Below are positions 1 to 8,466 of a stretch of 57,936 nt of DNA, in pieces (positions within the stretch are counted from its first letter, which is position 1; the number at the start of each line of letters is the position of its first letter). Source of the stretch: a virus (lineage: Duplodnaviria > Caudoviricetes). The stretch is from positions 1 through 57,936 of IMG/VR virus record IMGVR_UViG_3300021197_001531. One strand, written 5' to 3'. The translations under genes were made by a program, and so were the position numbers. Under the pieces are notes generated by a model, which saw only the letters and a list, made by a program, of their open reading frames with translations, searched no databases and was not told the origin of the DNA.

Positions 1-10
1 GTACCACGGT

Positions 11-134
11 CTATAGAGTGGGGCACTGCGGCCCACCCACCCCATAGCATGGCCCTATAGCACCCCCTTAGAAGGAGCCATAGCAAGGTGCTATCCCATA
101 GCACTTCTTTTGGGCACGCATAGCGTTCCCAAAA
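11..134. repeat. Non-coding cluster of (C/T)ATAGC(A) motifs with two hairpins
   Basis: CCATAGCA at 42-49, 78-85, 96-103; CTATAGCA at 55-62; inverted copy TGCTAT 89-94; CATAGCG 119-125. Hairpins GTGCTAT/ATAGCAC (88-104) and TTTTGGG-C-ACGC-ATA-GCGT-T-CCCAAAA (108-134). Confidence 0.65.
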
Positions 135-154
135 AAAAATTACAAAAATCAATT

Positions 155-162
155 TTTTATAC
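155..162 (+). promoter_or_regulatory. Archaeal TATA-box-like promoter for a leaderless transcript (ATG 183)
   Basis: TTTTATAC about 20 nt before ATG 183, preceded by an A-rich BRE-like stretch; the same spacing recurs elsewhere in the window. Confidence 0.5.
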
Positions 163-182
163 TAAAACTCCCTGTGCGTGCT

Positions 183-959
183 ATGACCAGTCCTTTTGAG
201 TCTGCATGGGCACTACTCAAAAACGATGATGAGGATTACATGCACCACGCCTCTGATTACATTGAGAGAATGTTTGGTATTCCTAACCAAAGGGCCATGG
301 AATTAGCGCAAGAATTGATGCAACACCAGTTATCACGAGCAAATATCCCTCAATCAAAAATTGATTTGCATACCGGAGATGCTGGAATGACAAGTGATTT
401 TCTCAATCAAAAGTTTGCTAAGCCCTTGGCTGGTAGCCTTTACAACATGAATAGAAACATAAACGAAGTAGTGGATAATCATCTTGGCGACGAAAATCTT
501 AGCCAGCAAATCGGTCAACGAACCAGCAACGAGGCATTCTCACGGCGTGGCTTAAAGGGTAATCCCCGTGTCCCACAAATGGATGAAGAGGCCAGTTATG
601 CTAACATTTCAATTCCTCGTGAATCGCCTATCCATGGCTTAGAGCCATTTGGCGAGAACGAGCCAATGGGCGCAACCATGGGAATGCCAATGGCTGATGA
701 TGTTCTTGAGCCAATTCGTGAACGCCAACGCATGCGTGAGCAAGAGTCATTCAATCCATTTACCGCAAAACCTTCTCGTCCTCCTGCGCCCCCAATGCAA
801 GAGTCGGATGTGCCGATGAGTAACGAACCCATGTCCCGTGGCCCAATGCGCTCTCGCAAGCGAGGCGACCCTGCTCGCCAACCAAGATTCGTCCGACCGG
901 GTTTCCGTTCTACCGAAAGTATGCCCTTAACGGACAAATCCGCTGAAAGCAGATTGTAG
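183..959 (+). CDS. Hypothetical protein with N-terminal SPFESAWALLK tag; putative virion-internal protein
   Basis: ORF 174-959; ATG 183 preferred from TATA spacing; tag shared with other ORFs; low-complexity M/P/R-rich C-terminus. Confidence 0.7.
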   Translation: MTSPFESAWALLKNDDEDYMHHASDYIERMFGIPNQRAMELAQELMQHQLSRANIPQSKIDLHTGDAGMTSDFLNQKFAKPLAGSLYNMNRNINEVVDNHLGDENLSQQIGQRTSNEAFSRRGLKGNPRVPQMDEEASYANISIPRESPIHGLEPFGENEPMGATMGMPMADDVLEPIRERQRMREQESFNPFTAKPSRPPAPPMQESDVPMSNEPMSRGPMRSRKRGDPARQPRFVRPGFRSTESMPLTDKSAESRL

Positions 960-999
960 TAGCCGTTAAGTTTATTTTATGCACCGGCCTCACCGTGTC

Positions 1000-1170
1000 A
1001 TGGTCGGTTTTTTCTTCTCTTACTTGCTTGTGGCACTCATTACGGTGTGGTGGGGCACAGCCGTTTGGATGTTCAATGACTTAGGTGAAGGTGTTGAGAT
1101 TTTCAAAGAAGGTGATGAGGCTGAGTTTCATCAAGCCTGCTTCAACGGTATGCGGAGAGGGATTCAGTGA
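1000..1170 (+). CDS. Small single-pass membrane protein
   Basis: Hydrophobic stretch FFFSYLLVALITVWWGTAVWMF; TATA-like TTTTATTT at 970-977; stop overlaps the next start (GTGA). Confidence 0.55.
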   Translation: MVGFFFSYLLVALITVWWGTAVWMFNDLGEGVEIFKEGDEAEFHQACFNGMRRGIQ

Positions 1171-2006
1171 ATATCACCGTGTACGAGGTCGGCCCTCGTG
1201 ACGGTCTTCAATCTATAGAACATTTTATTCAAACGCCGATAAAACAAAATCTGATTGCCGCTTTGTACAATGCTGGTTTAGAGCATGTGGAAGAGGTGAG
1301 TTTTGCTCACCCGAAACTTGTGCCGCAAATGGCTGACGCAGAAGAAGTGTATGACAGGGGTGCCGCTTTAATCATGAACAAGCGTGGGTATGACCGTGCA
1401 GTGGCGGCTGGAGTTGACAAGTTCAACATCGTTTTTAGTCCGTGTGAAACTTTCAACATCAACAACATGGGCAAGACTCGCAGTGAAATTGTGTTGATGT
1501 ACAAGACATTCATGAAAGAAATACCCAAAGACAAGGTGCGAGTGTACATCAGCATGGCATTTGGTTCACCCCATAGCGGCACACCTCGCCTCAACACTCT
1601 CATTTCGTGCATTCGTGATGCCAAGATGTTTGGTAATACTGTGGTGTTTGCTGACACTGTAGGTGTAGCGACTCGTCGGGACATGGAATATGTGGGTGAA
1701 TTGGCGAAAAACGAAGGTGTGCGACCAGCACTCCACCTGCATCACAATGGCAACGAAGGGCGAGCCATGGAATTAGTGCGTCACGCCATCTTCCATGGCA
1801 TTCACGAGATTGATTCCAGTATTGGTGGTCTTGGTGGGTGTCCGTTTGCTACCAACAGTGGGGCAAATTTGTCCACTGAGTCATTGGTTGTTAATTTACA
1901 CGCTTGGGGTTTTGAAACTGGTGTAAATGAAAATGTATTGAAAGAAGCATCACTCATAGCGAGCAAAATAAAATTCAATGATGAGGGCCGTAAAATAGTG
2001 GCATGA
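1167..2006 (+). CDS. hmgL: Hydroxymethylglutaryl-CoA lyase-like protein (DRE-TIM metallolyase); auxiliary metabolic gene
   Basis: EVGPRDGLQ, SFAHPKLVPQMADA, ADTVG, HLH metal motif and DSSIGGLGGCPFA..SGANLSTE signature. Confidence 0.88.
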   Translation: MNITVYEVGPRDGLQSIEHFIQTPIKQNLIAALYNAGLEHVEEVSFAHPKLVPQMADAEEVYDRGAALIMNKRGYDRAVAAGVDKFNIVFSPCETFNINNMGKTRSEIVLMYKTFMKEIPKDKVRVYISMAFGSPHSGTPRLNTLISCIRDAKMFGNTVVFADTVGVATRRDMEYVGELAKNEGVRPALHLHHNGNEGRAMELVRHAIFHGIHEIDSSIGGLGGCPFATNSGANLSTESLVVNLHAWGFETGVNENVLKEASLIASKIKFNDEGRKIVA

Positions 2007-3621
2007 TTGGGCGTTGTTTTGTTGGTGTCAAATTACCCATGTGTTTCTCAGCCAGCAGTTTTACAACCTGCTCCATGTCGGGATGAATACCCTCAATGAG
2101 TGTGCCTTCGTTAGTGTCGGTCATTTTATGCGCCCGGTCAAGGGTGGTGAGGTCACCTCGCAGTGCCTCGGTGATTTGATGCGGCAACTGCAACTCGCCT
2201 TTGAGCATACGCCAAGCCATGTCCATTGGTGATGATTTGAGAATGCCTCGTGCAACCAACTGGTTGAATACCGCTTGTTCCATAATTGGTAATGTGCGGA
2301 TTCGTTGTGGTGAAATCTGTTTATTATTGTAAGTGTACATATTCGGGTAACCCATAAGGTTGTCAAACTTGCCTGCTATTTCCTTTCCTTCATCGGTATC
2401 AAGGAACTTATCTTTCACAATCGTTTCTTCGGCGGTGGCAAGTTCATCTTTCATTCTTACCGCATCCTCTTTAGCCTGCCTGTTAGCGGCCAATGTATCT
2501 GCACGCTTTCTTTTTGTTTCATCTCTCATGCTTTGTTCTGCTTGACTCTTTTTTTCTTCAACTTCCCTTTTCCTTTCGGCCTCTTCTTCCTCTTCCTTCT
2601 TTCGCCTTTGCTCAAGCATTTCGGCGTATCGCCTTTCTCTTTCTTCACGAGTGTTCTCGTTGTGTTGACGATTAGCGGCAAGTAAACTTTCTTTGGAATC
2701 AAGGTTAGGGCGCATAACATTCTTTGGACGAACCATTTGCTCGTAGTCAACATCATGGTCTTGCTCTAACACTGTGGTCAAGCCCGGTGAAGCCATTTCT
2801 TGGAGAAGTGGCTGATATTGCTGAGTTGTTTTACTTCCAACGCCACTTCTTTTACTCTCAAAGAGATTTTTTACAGCACCTCTCATTCGGTCGGAGCCAC
2901 CCTTTTCTTCGTTGAACTTTGGAAGAGCAGTAAAATCAATGTGTTGTTCAAGAGCGTTCATCAGTTGGTGGGATGGGATATTGTACATTCCGGGGAAACT
3001 TTTGGGGTCACTGTGCTCTTGGTCGTACATGTAATCGGGATTAAATCGTGTTGAGGTCCAATCATCAGCAGTGTCCCTGTATTCTGTTTTCCCCTGCATA
3101 TCTCTTATGTTTGATTTGCCTTGGGTATCAAATTTAGGAATGTCTTCAACGAAACCTGCTCGCACTTTACCGTGCTGGTTGGGTTGGAAAAGATTGGGAT
3201 TTTGCATATTTTCAATGCTCGTGTCAATGATTCGTTGGCGAGATTGAGCGTATTCGGGTGTTCGGAAAGGTGAAGTAAAATACATGTCCTTCAGCATTCG
3301 CCACGACATATCCATAGGCTCTCCCGTGGTGATTTGCGAGCCAGCCTTGGCTTTGTCGGCCATTTGCTGGCCACGCTGTTCCATGTTCTGTTGGCTTTGT
3401 TTTGTTTGCTCAGCAATTTTATTTCCAACATCTTGTGGGGCACCCGCTATGCGTTCAGCGGCGGCGTCCTTTATTTTGTCAGTAAAAGTCTGTTTTGCTG
3501 TTTCCTTTGCGACTTTTTTAGCCGCTTGTCCTGCTACAACATTCGTCACAACATTAGCGGCGGCAACAGCACCAGCGGCGGCAACAGGCGGTGCTTTGCG
3601 AATAGCGACACGCCTGCTCAT
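1975..3621 (-). CDS. Hypothetical modular protein (N-terminal RRVAIRKA plus two internal PMDMxWRMLK tags; E/K-rich coiled coil)
   Basis: 548-aa ORF; tags at 3289-3324 and 2200-2235; divergent promoter shared with the gene at 3673. Confidence 0.75.
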   Translation of the reverse strand: MSRRVAIRKAPPVAAAGAVAAANVVTNVVAGQAAKKVAKETAKQTFTDKIKDAAAERIAGAPQDVGNKIAEQTKQSQQNMEQRGQQMADKAKAGSQITTGEPMDMSWRMLKDMYFTSPFRTPEYAQSRQRIIDTSIENMQNPNLFQPNQHGKVRAGFVEDIPKFDTQGKSNIRDMQGKTEYRDTADDWTSTRFNPDYMYDQEHSDPKSFPGMYNIPSHQLMNALEQHIDFTALPKFNEEKGGSDRMRGAVKNLFESKRSGVGSKTTQQYQPLLQEMASPGLTTVLEQDHDVDYEQMVRPKNVMRPNLDSKESLLAANRQHNENTREERERRYAEMLEQRRKKEEEEEAERKREVEEKKSQAEQSMRDETKRKRADTLAANRQAKEDAVRMKDELATAEETIVKDKFLDTDEGKEIAGKFDNLMGYPNMYTYNNKQISPQRIRTLPIMEQAVFNQLVARGILKSSPMDMAWRMLKGELQLPHQITEALRGDLTTLDRAHKMTDTNEGTLIEGIHPDMEQVVKLLAEKHMGNLTPTKQRPIMPLFYGPHH

Positions 3622-3672
3622 GCCTTACGCATGAGGGGATATATCTTTAAATTATTCACTCATAAGAAAATC
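3622..3672. promoter_or_regulatory. Bidirectional TATA promoter
   Basis: Palindromic TTTAAA (3646-3651) lies about 21 nt from ATG 3673 (+) and about 24 nt from ATG 3621 (-). Confidence 0.55.
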
Positions 3673-4950
3673 ATGGCGAGGGTGCTGATAAGCAAGGCTA
3701 CTCTTGCTGATTTCGGTGTACCTCGCCAAGAAGTGGCAGTTCGCCCACCTATGCCCACCGAACAACAAATTCGTGAAGCGGTGTTGGGGGATGAAAACTT
3801 GGGGTTAATGTCACCCGAACAGTACGGTATGCGAATGCCCCTTATTGAGCGTGAGCGAGATTCGTCTGTGGAAGAAAGACAAAGAGAAAAACACAATCCG
3901 GGTGAAACAGGAAGGAAATTTTTAGAGGGTATGAGGCTTGAAGGTGCGTTAGCAAGTGGTGTCGCTATGCGTGAGTTTCCTGCCATCGGGATGCACGATA
4001 ATCACGAAGTAATGCCATTTTTGCGTGATTACTATAGTCGGCAAACTACGATACCCGAACATGACTGGCAGTATCACACTGAAGGGCCGTATTATGATGA
4101 AGAAGGGAACATCTTGCCCGGACAGGTACCCCCTGTAGATGCTGTTAAGTTAATGGGAGAAGCCGACATCAAGCATGTGGGACAGGGGAGTGGATTTGGA
4201 TTAAAACCACTCCCTTTTTCACATGTAAACGAAAGGTGGGAAATAGACGATATAGAACCCGGAAAGCAATTTCCTGCTGAAAACATAGGTTTTGTCGGCC
4301 CAACTATGGAACAAGCCATAACACGAAATGCAGCCGCTAATGTTTCACGACAAACTCCAAGGGGGTATGTTGGAGTAAGAGGATTCGGTAGGCCAAGCGA
4401 TAAGGCGTTTGCAAGAAGAACATTTGAAGGTGGAGAAGGTGGTTTTACAGCACCCATACCACCGGAACGCTTAGTAGGTGCTATGCCTGCATCAAGAGCC
4501 AATTTAGGAAAAGATTCTTCAAGAGTATTACCTGTAATGAAGCCGACAATTGTTGAACCAAAAACCGATAAGGAAAAAATAATGGAAGCAGTGAGAGATG
4601 GTATCATATCCCCATTAGATGTGCCATTACTATTGGCCCGTAAAAAATATATGAGTCACGAATTTCCTTACGACGCAGAATGGTATGAAGGTGTTATACC
4701 AACATTTTCAAATAAAATGCGGCGGGAAAGCCAACCAGCGGTAAATGCCATTAAAAATGCTTTTAAAAACGCTATACCTAAGTCGTGGGAAGAAGGGCAT
4801 TTCGGGCTGGAGAATGCAATTTTAACCGACGCTGAAAAAGCGAATTACATCCGTCAACTGGAAGAGCAACAGGAAAAACTACCCTTTTCATATGTAGATG
4901 AAGATAACACGGTACTTTATCCAAAGAAAACAGGGGTGCGTTTCACATGA
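3673..4950 (+). CDS. Hypothetical protein (N-terminal MARVLISKA tag)
   Basis: ORF track starts at 3334, but that extension overlaps the antisense gene. In-frame ATG 3673 follows a TATA box and gives the recurring VLxxK leader. Confidence 0.72.
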   Translation: MARVLISKATLADFGVPRQEVAVRPPMPTEQQIREAVLGDENLGLMSPEQYGMRMPLIERERDSSVEERQREKHNPGETGRKFLEGMRLEGALASGVAMREFPAIGMHDNHEVMPFLRDYYSRQTTIPEHDWQYHTEGPYYDEEGNILPGQVPPVDAVKLMGEADIKHVGQGSGFGLKPLPFSHVNERWEIDDIEPGKQFPAENIGFVGPTMEQAITRNAAANVSRQTPRGYVGVRGFGRPSDKAFARRTFEGGEGGFTAPIPPERLVGAMPASRANLGKDSSRVLPVMKPTIVEPKTDKEKIMEAVRDGIISPLDVPLLLARKKYMSHEFPYDAEWYEGVIPTFSNKMRRESQPAVNAIKNAFKNAIPKSWEEGHFGLENAILTDAEKANYIRQLEEQQEKLPFSYVDEDNTVLYPKKTGVRFT

Positions 4951-6518
4951 AGCCCGTGCTGGTCAAGAAGGCTTTGCCTCGGCATTGGTCAAAGGATTTT
5001 GATACCACTGAGGATTTACGCAGTGTGTTAAGACAGGCTCGTTTGATGTCTCTTGAGGATGCAAAAAACATTGAAAACATACCGCTAAGACCCGAAATAA
5101 GAGATTGGGAATTAGAACAAACCGCTGAAGGAATGAAAAGTATTGTTCCGGGTATTCAAGGTGGAAAAATCACAGACCAAGGATATGTGGATGAAGGTGG
5201 GGCGTTTACTTATCCCCCTCAATTACAATCATTTCTACCCTTGATACACCCCGAAGCAAGAATGAGCGGCGTTACTATGCCCGACATACCCGGCTCAATG
5301 GGTAAACCGGGTGGAAGACCGAGTGTTTTAGTTGGTTCCTTTGAAAAGCCGGAGTTTCACGCCACTCAAAAAGAAGGGCGTGTACAAACAGAAGGGTTCA
5401 TGCCGGGTGGTTTTGACCCTTCTCAAGCGGTTCTTCTCACAGAACCCTCTCGTGCCTTCGCAAGACAAGAAGTGCCAATGGCTATACACAATCTTGTAGG
5501 AGGAAAAATGAAGGATTATGCTCCCGGCACCTTTGGTTATAATGAACCCGCAGGAAGGGCCATGGAATCATTCAACATTTTACCACATGGTGCAGAAAGT
5601 CCATTGTCGCAGTATTCGGGGTGGGGGAAACCCCGAACTGTTGATGATGAATTTCGCCTTAGCGAACCAATGGACATCGCTTTCCAACTGCTCAAAGCGT
5701 ATGATGTTGAAGAAGTCAAAAGAAAACTTATGGACAAGGGTTCTTATGAAGACTATGTTGACTATCAAATCACTGATGCACAACCCGGTATGGACAGGAC
5801 ATTACCCCGTCCTTACGGTTTAATGAGCCACCAAGCGTTGAATGCTTTACATAACGGGTGGTTTGAAGGGGATATTCGGGACATGCTTGATGACCCCAAT
5901 TTTTCCTTTGAAAGAGATAACGAGGGAAATGCGATTTGGAGTGCTCACAATTTAGGATGGGGAAACCCCGAACACGCCGACCCCGAACATATGGGTTTTA
6001 TGATTGAAAATCAATTAGAAGGAACCCCTGTGGACTTTGAAGGAATAGGTAGAGAGAGTAATTTAAGGACATTGGAAAATGTACCCTTTGAACTCAATGA
6101 GCCACAATCGTCATCCTTTTTGGGAATGAAAATGAACCCCACATCCACTACCAGTTTTTCCACTCATTCAGCACACGGTCCAACAAACACCTTAGAGGAA
6201 GTTGAGGGAATGAAAGGGCGAGGTTTTCAAGACATTTACACAGGCGAACCAATGAACATCGCTTTCCAACTGCTCAAAGAGCGTGTAAGCCCCGAAGCCA
6301 AGCGGCACAAGTTGGAGTACGACAAGAAGTACGAGTCCAGCCCGGAACGGGTGAAGTATCGGGAGGACTTGAACCGTGAACGCCGCCGCCGTGGTATCTA
6401 TGGTAGTCATAATCACCAAGATGTAAGTCACACTGAGGGCGGCAAATTAACCCTTGAAAGCGAGCATGAAAACAGGGCACGGCACTTCAAAGACAAGGGA
6501 ACCCTTCGGGAATTGTGA
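4947..6518 (+). CDS. Three-module protein separated by EPMxIAFQLLK tags; C-terminal module basic and possibly HNH-like
   Basis: MKPVLVKKA leader; SEPMDIAFQLLK (5661-5696) and GEPMNIAFQLLK (6243-6278); last module has DVSH...ENRAR, reminiscent of small phage HNH proteins. Confidence 0.72.
   Translation: MKPVLVKKALPRHWSKDFDTTEDLRSVLRQARLMSLEDAKNIENIPLRPEIRDWELEQTAEGMKSIVPGIQGGKITDQGYVDEGGAFTYPPQLQSFLPLIHPEARMSGVTMPDIPGSMGKPGGRPSVLVGSFEKPEFHATQKEGRVQTEGFMPGGFDPSQAVLLTEPSRAFARQEVPMAIHNLVGGKMKDYAPGTFGYNEPAGRAMESFNILPHGAESPLSQYSGWGKPRTVDDEFRLSEPMDIAFQLLKAYDVEEVKRKLMDKGSYEDYVDYQITDAQPGMDRTLPRPYGLMSHQALNALHNGWFEGDIRDMLDDPNFSFERDNEGNAIWSAHNLGWGNPEHADPEHMGFMIENQLEGTPVDFEGIGRESNLRTLENVPFELNEPQSSSFLGMKMNPTSTTSFSTHSAHGPTNTLEEVEGMKGRGFQDIYTGEPMNIAFQLLKERVSPEAKRHKLEYDKKYESSPERVKYREDLNRERRRRGIYGSHNHQDVSHTEGGKLTLESEHENRARHFKDKGTLREL
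5662..6279 (+). repeat. 36-nt direct repeat pair (5662-5697 and 6244-6279), 35/36 identical
   Basis: GCGAACCAATG(G/A)ACATCGCTTTCCAACTGCTCAAAG read at both positions, 582 nt apart and in frame. Confidence 0.92.
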
Positions 6519-6700
6519 GTATTCACTTACCTCACTTTACTCAAACTTCACTTCACCTAAAATGAGGTAACTGGAATAGTCACTTTACTCATAGGTACTA
6601 CTCTTAATATAATATAATTATAGAATATAGTGAATAAATGAAGTAAACTGGGGGGTCAAAAATGGTGAGTGAAGTTTTGACTAAAGTGACGAAAGCGAAA
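6519..6700. other. Origin-like intergenic region (short repeats flanking an AT-rich core)
   Basis: TCACTTTACTCA at 6532-6543 and 6580-6591; multiple TCACT copies on the left and AGTGA copies on the right; imperfect inverted repeat 6541-6557 / 6664-6680; AT-rich core about 6604-6640. Confidence 0.5.
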
Positions 6701-6702
6701 CG

Positions 6703-6710
6703 CTTATATT
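6703..6710 (+). promoter_or_regulatory. TATA-box-like promoter of the membrane protein/GTPase operon
   Basis: CTTATATT preceded by purine-rich GAAAGCGAAA (BRE-like); GGTGAGG RBS at 6730 precedes ATG 6740. Confidence 0.5.
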
Positions 6711-6739
6711 GACCACTATTTTGACCATGGGTGAGGACA

Positions 6740-7306
6740 ATGCAACCGAATGGTAACACTTCCGAAGCCGAAATCCGTTTGATGGGTTTGATTTTAGCGC
6801 AATCCGCACTGGTTGGTTTGGCCATCGGTTTGTTTGATGCTGACATGTGGTTGAACACTGAAGACCCAATGGTAAACGGTTTTACTTATGCCATGGCCGC
6901 TTTCTTTGTACAGGGTATTGCCTACTATTTCTTCAAAATGTTCTTTGAACAAAACATGCAAGAGCGTGTGAGAGTGCAAAACATGGAGCGACAGCGGCAA
7001 GGCCGGTACCGCAGTATGCAATACAATTTTGATAACCGGAGAGCCGAAATGGAATTGCGTATGCAAGAGGCGCAGTTGGAAACTGAGTTGAGTTGGATGG
7101 AGAAAAACCCCGGTAAGATGCCCCCTTCTTGGGGCGTTCCCGGTGGTGCCCCTTCGTTGGTTGAGCAACAAGAAAACAAACTTATCACCAATCCACCGAA
7201 ACATTCAGCGGAAATTAAAACCCCAGTAAATCTTGGTATCAAGCAAGATGAGGATGTACCCGTCAAAAAAGACGGTACGCCCGATAAGCGTTACAAGAGC
7301 GATTGA
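6740..7306 (+). CDS. Membrane protein with two TM helices and a cytoplasmic coiled coil
   Basis: Hydrophobic LMGLILAQSALVGLAIGLF and FTYAMAAFFVQGIAYYFF followed by Q/E/R-rich heptads; ORF track start 6731. Confidence 0.75.
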   Translation: MQPNGNTSEAEIRLMGLILAQSALVGLAIGLFDADMWLNTEDPMVNGFTYAMAAFFVQGIAYYFFKMFFEQNMQERVRVQNMERQRQGRYRSMQYNFDNRRAEMELRMQEAQLETELSWMEKNPGKMPPSWGVPGGAPSLVEQQENKLITNPPKHSAEIKTPVNLGIKQDEDVPVKKDGTPDKRYKSD

Positions 7307-7578
7307 GTGGTGATGATGTGGGTCGTATTTTCAAAACACCTACGGATGACTCTACTGAAGCCACGCTTCGTGCAATGCACACACAAAACACACTGGACAA
7401 TTATTACGAAAAGGGCGTTGGATGGCTACGCACTTTTCTTTTTGTTTTGGTTGCCATACTTGGTACCAGTTATTGGGAAATTTATACAGGTGAATCAGCA
7501 TGGGAAAACACAGTGGAATGGATGTGGCAAAAAGTTCAAGATGTCGCAGACTGGCTTTGGGGGCTTGTAAATGGTTGA
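7303..7578 (+). CDS. Small membrane protein (one TM plus Trp-rich amphipathic helix)
   Basis: WLRTFLFVLVAILGTSYW and WENTVEWMWQKVQDVADWLWGLV; overlaps neighbours; true start may be GTG 7318 after a GGTGA RBS. Confidence 0.68.
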   Translation: MSGDDVGRIFKTPTDDSTEATLRAMHTQNTLDNYYEKGVGWLRTFLFVLVAILGTSYWEIYTGESAWENTVEWMWQKVQDVADWLWGLVNG

Positions 7579-8287
7579 ACCTGCTGGTACGGCGATGGTC
7601 GGAGCGATGGTGTGGGGAAAAGCCATATTCAACGCATGGAGGCCACGCAAGGTCGGTATTTACGGTGCTGGACTAACAGGTAAAACCACACTTGACCGTT
7701 ATATGACAACACCGGGAGAAATGGAAGAAATTCCCGAAGAAGAACGGACAACACATTTCAAAATGTTAGGTCGTTACAACTTACCCAAACCAACCCGTAA
7801 GCGAGTGTCTTGGAAGGGTGAAAAACGAGTTGTATTTTCTGCTGATGTAGGCGGTCAAGAGCGATTTTGGAACTTGTGGATTGATGACATGGTGAATCGT
7901 AATGTGGAATGTGTTGTTTACATGTTTGATGACCGTGCTATCAAAGGTGGGGAAGAAGCACTTCAGCAAATTGCCGGATTCAAATATCTCGTTGATGCAG
8001 TAGTAAACAGGCAATATCGTTATCGCAACATTCGGAGCAGATGGCGGGGAAAAAAATACACCCCTAAACTCATTATGTTGGTCGCAAATAAAGCAGACCG
8101 CTTTTTTGATGATACAGCGGTTATGCTTTGGCAACAAGAGCGTATCGGTGAGCACAAAATTTTTGATGCGTTTCGTGATGATTTAGTTCGCTTACAAAAA
8201 GCAGGGGTGCCTACACGCCGCTCCTTTATGGCTACACGAATTGGTTGGAATGTTGATACAACCATGATTTCTCTTTTGACGACTTAG
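7571..8287 (+). CDS. Ras-superfamily small GTPase, Arf-like
   Basis: G1 GAGLTGKTT (7664-7690), G3 DVGGQ followed by ERFWNLW (7844 onward), VVYMFD strand, G4 NKAD (8087-8098); hydrophobic N-terminal helix. Confidence 0.85.
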   Translation: MVEPAGTAMVGAMVWGKAIFNAWRPRKVGIYGAGLTGKTTLDRYMTTPGEMEEIPEEERTTHFKMLGRYNLPKPTRKRVSWKGEKRVVFSADVGGQERFWNLWIDDMVNRNVECVVYMFDDRAIKGGEEALQQIAGFKYLVDAVVNRQYRYRNIRSRWRGKKYTPKLIMLVANKADRFFDDTAVMLWQQERIGEHKIFDAFRDDLVRLQKAGVPTRRSFMATRIGWNVDTTMISLLTT

Positions 8288-8295
8288 GTGATAAA

Positions 8296-8466
8296 ATGAC
8301 GAAAACTACAGTGGCTTCAGTGGGACAATCCAGCAACAGTGTGCGAACAGTAATCCCAATGTGGATTGCTGAAATGATGAAACTTGAAAAGGGAGCAAAG
8401 ATTGAATGGGAATTGATTCGTACCGAAAAAGGGTACGCCGCCCAGTTCAAAGGTGATGTTTCATGA
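8296..8466 (+). CDS. AbrB/MazE/SpoVT-family DNA-binding protein (56 aa, absent from the ORF track)
   Basis: Manual translation MTKTTVASVGQSSNSVRTVIPMWIAEMMKLEKGAKIEWELIRTEKGYAAQFKGDVS matches the S-x-R-x-x-IP...L-x-x-G-x-x-I-x-W pattern; GGTGA RBS at 8287; fills the gap between genes. Confidence 0.8.
   Translation: MTKTTVASVGQSSNSVRTVIPMWIAEMMKLEKGAKIEWELIRTEKGYAAQFKGDVS

Noticed and set aside
3334-3672. 113-codon N-terminal extension of ORF 3334-4950
   Set aside because: Overlaps the antisense gene 1975-3621 and the divergent promoter; ATG 3673 has better context.
5662-6279. 36-nt repeat pair as a mini-CRISPR or a diversity-generating retroelement TR/VR
   Set aside because: Only two copies, 582 nt apart, both coding the same peptide; one mismatch; no reverse transcriptase in the window.
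6604-6869. Two short minus-strand ORFs over the intergenic region
   Set aside because: They overlap the membrane-protein gene and run into low-complexity AT-rich DNA.
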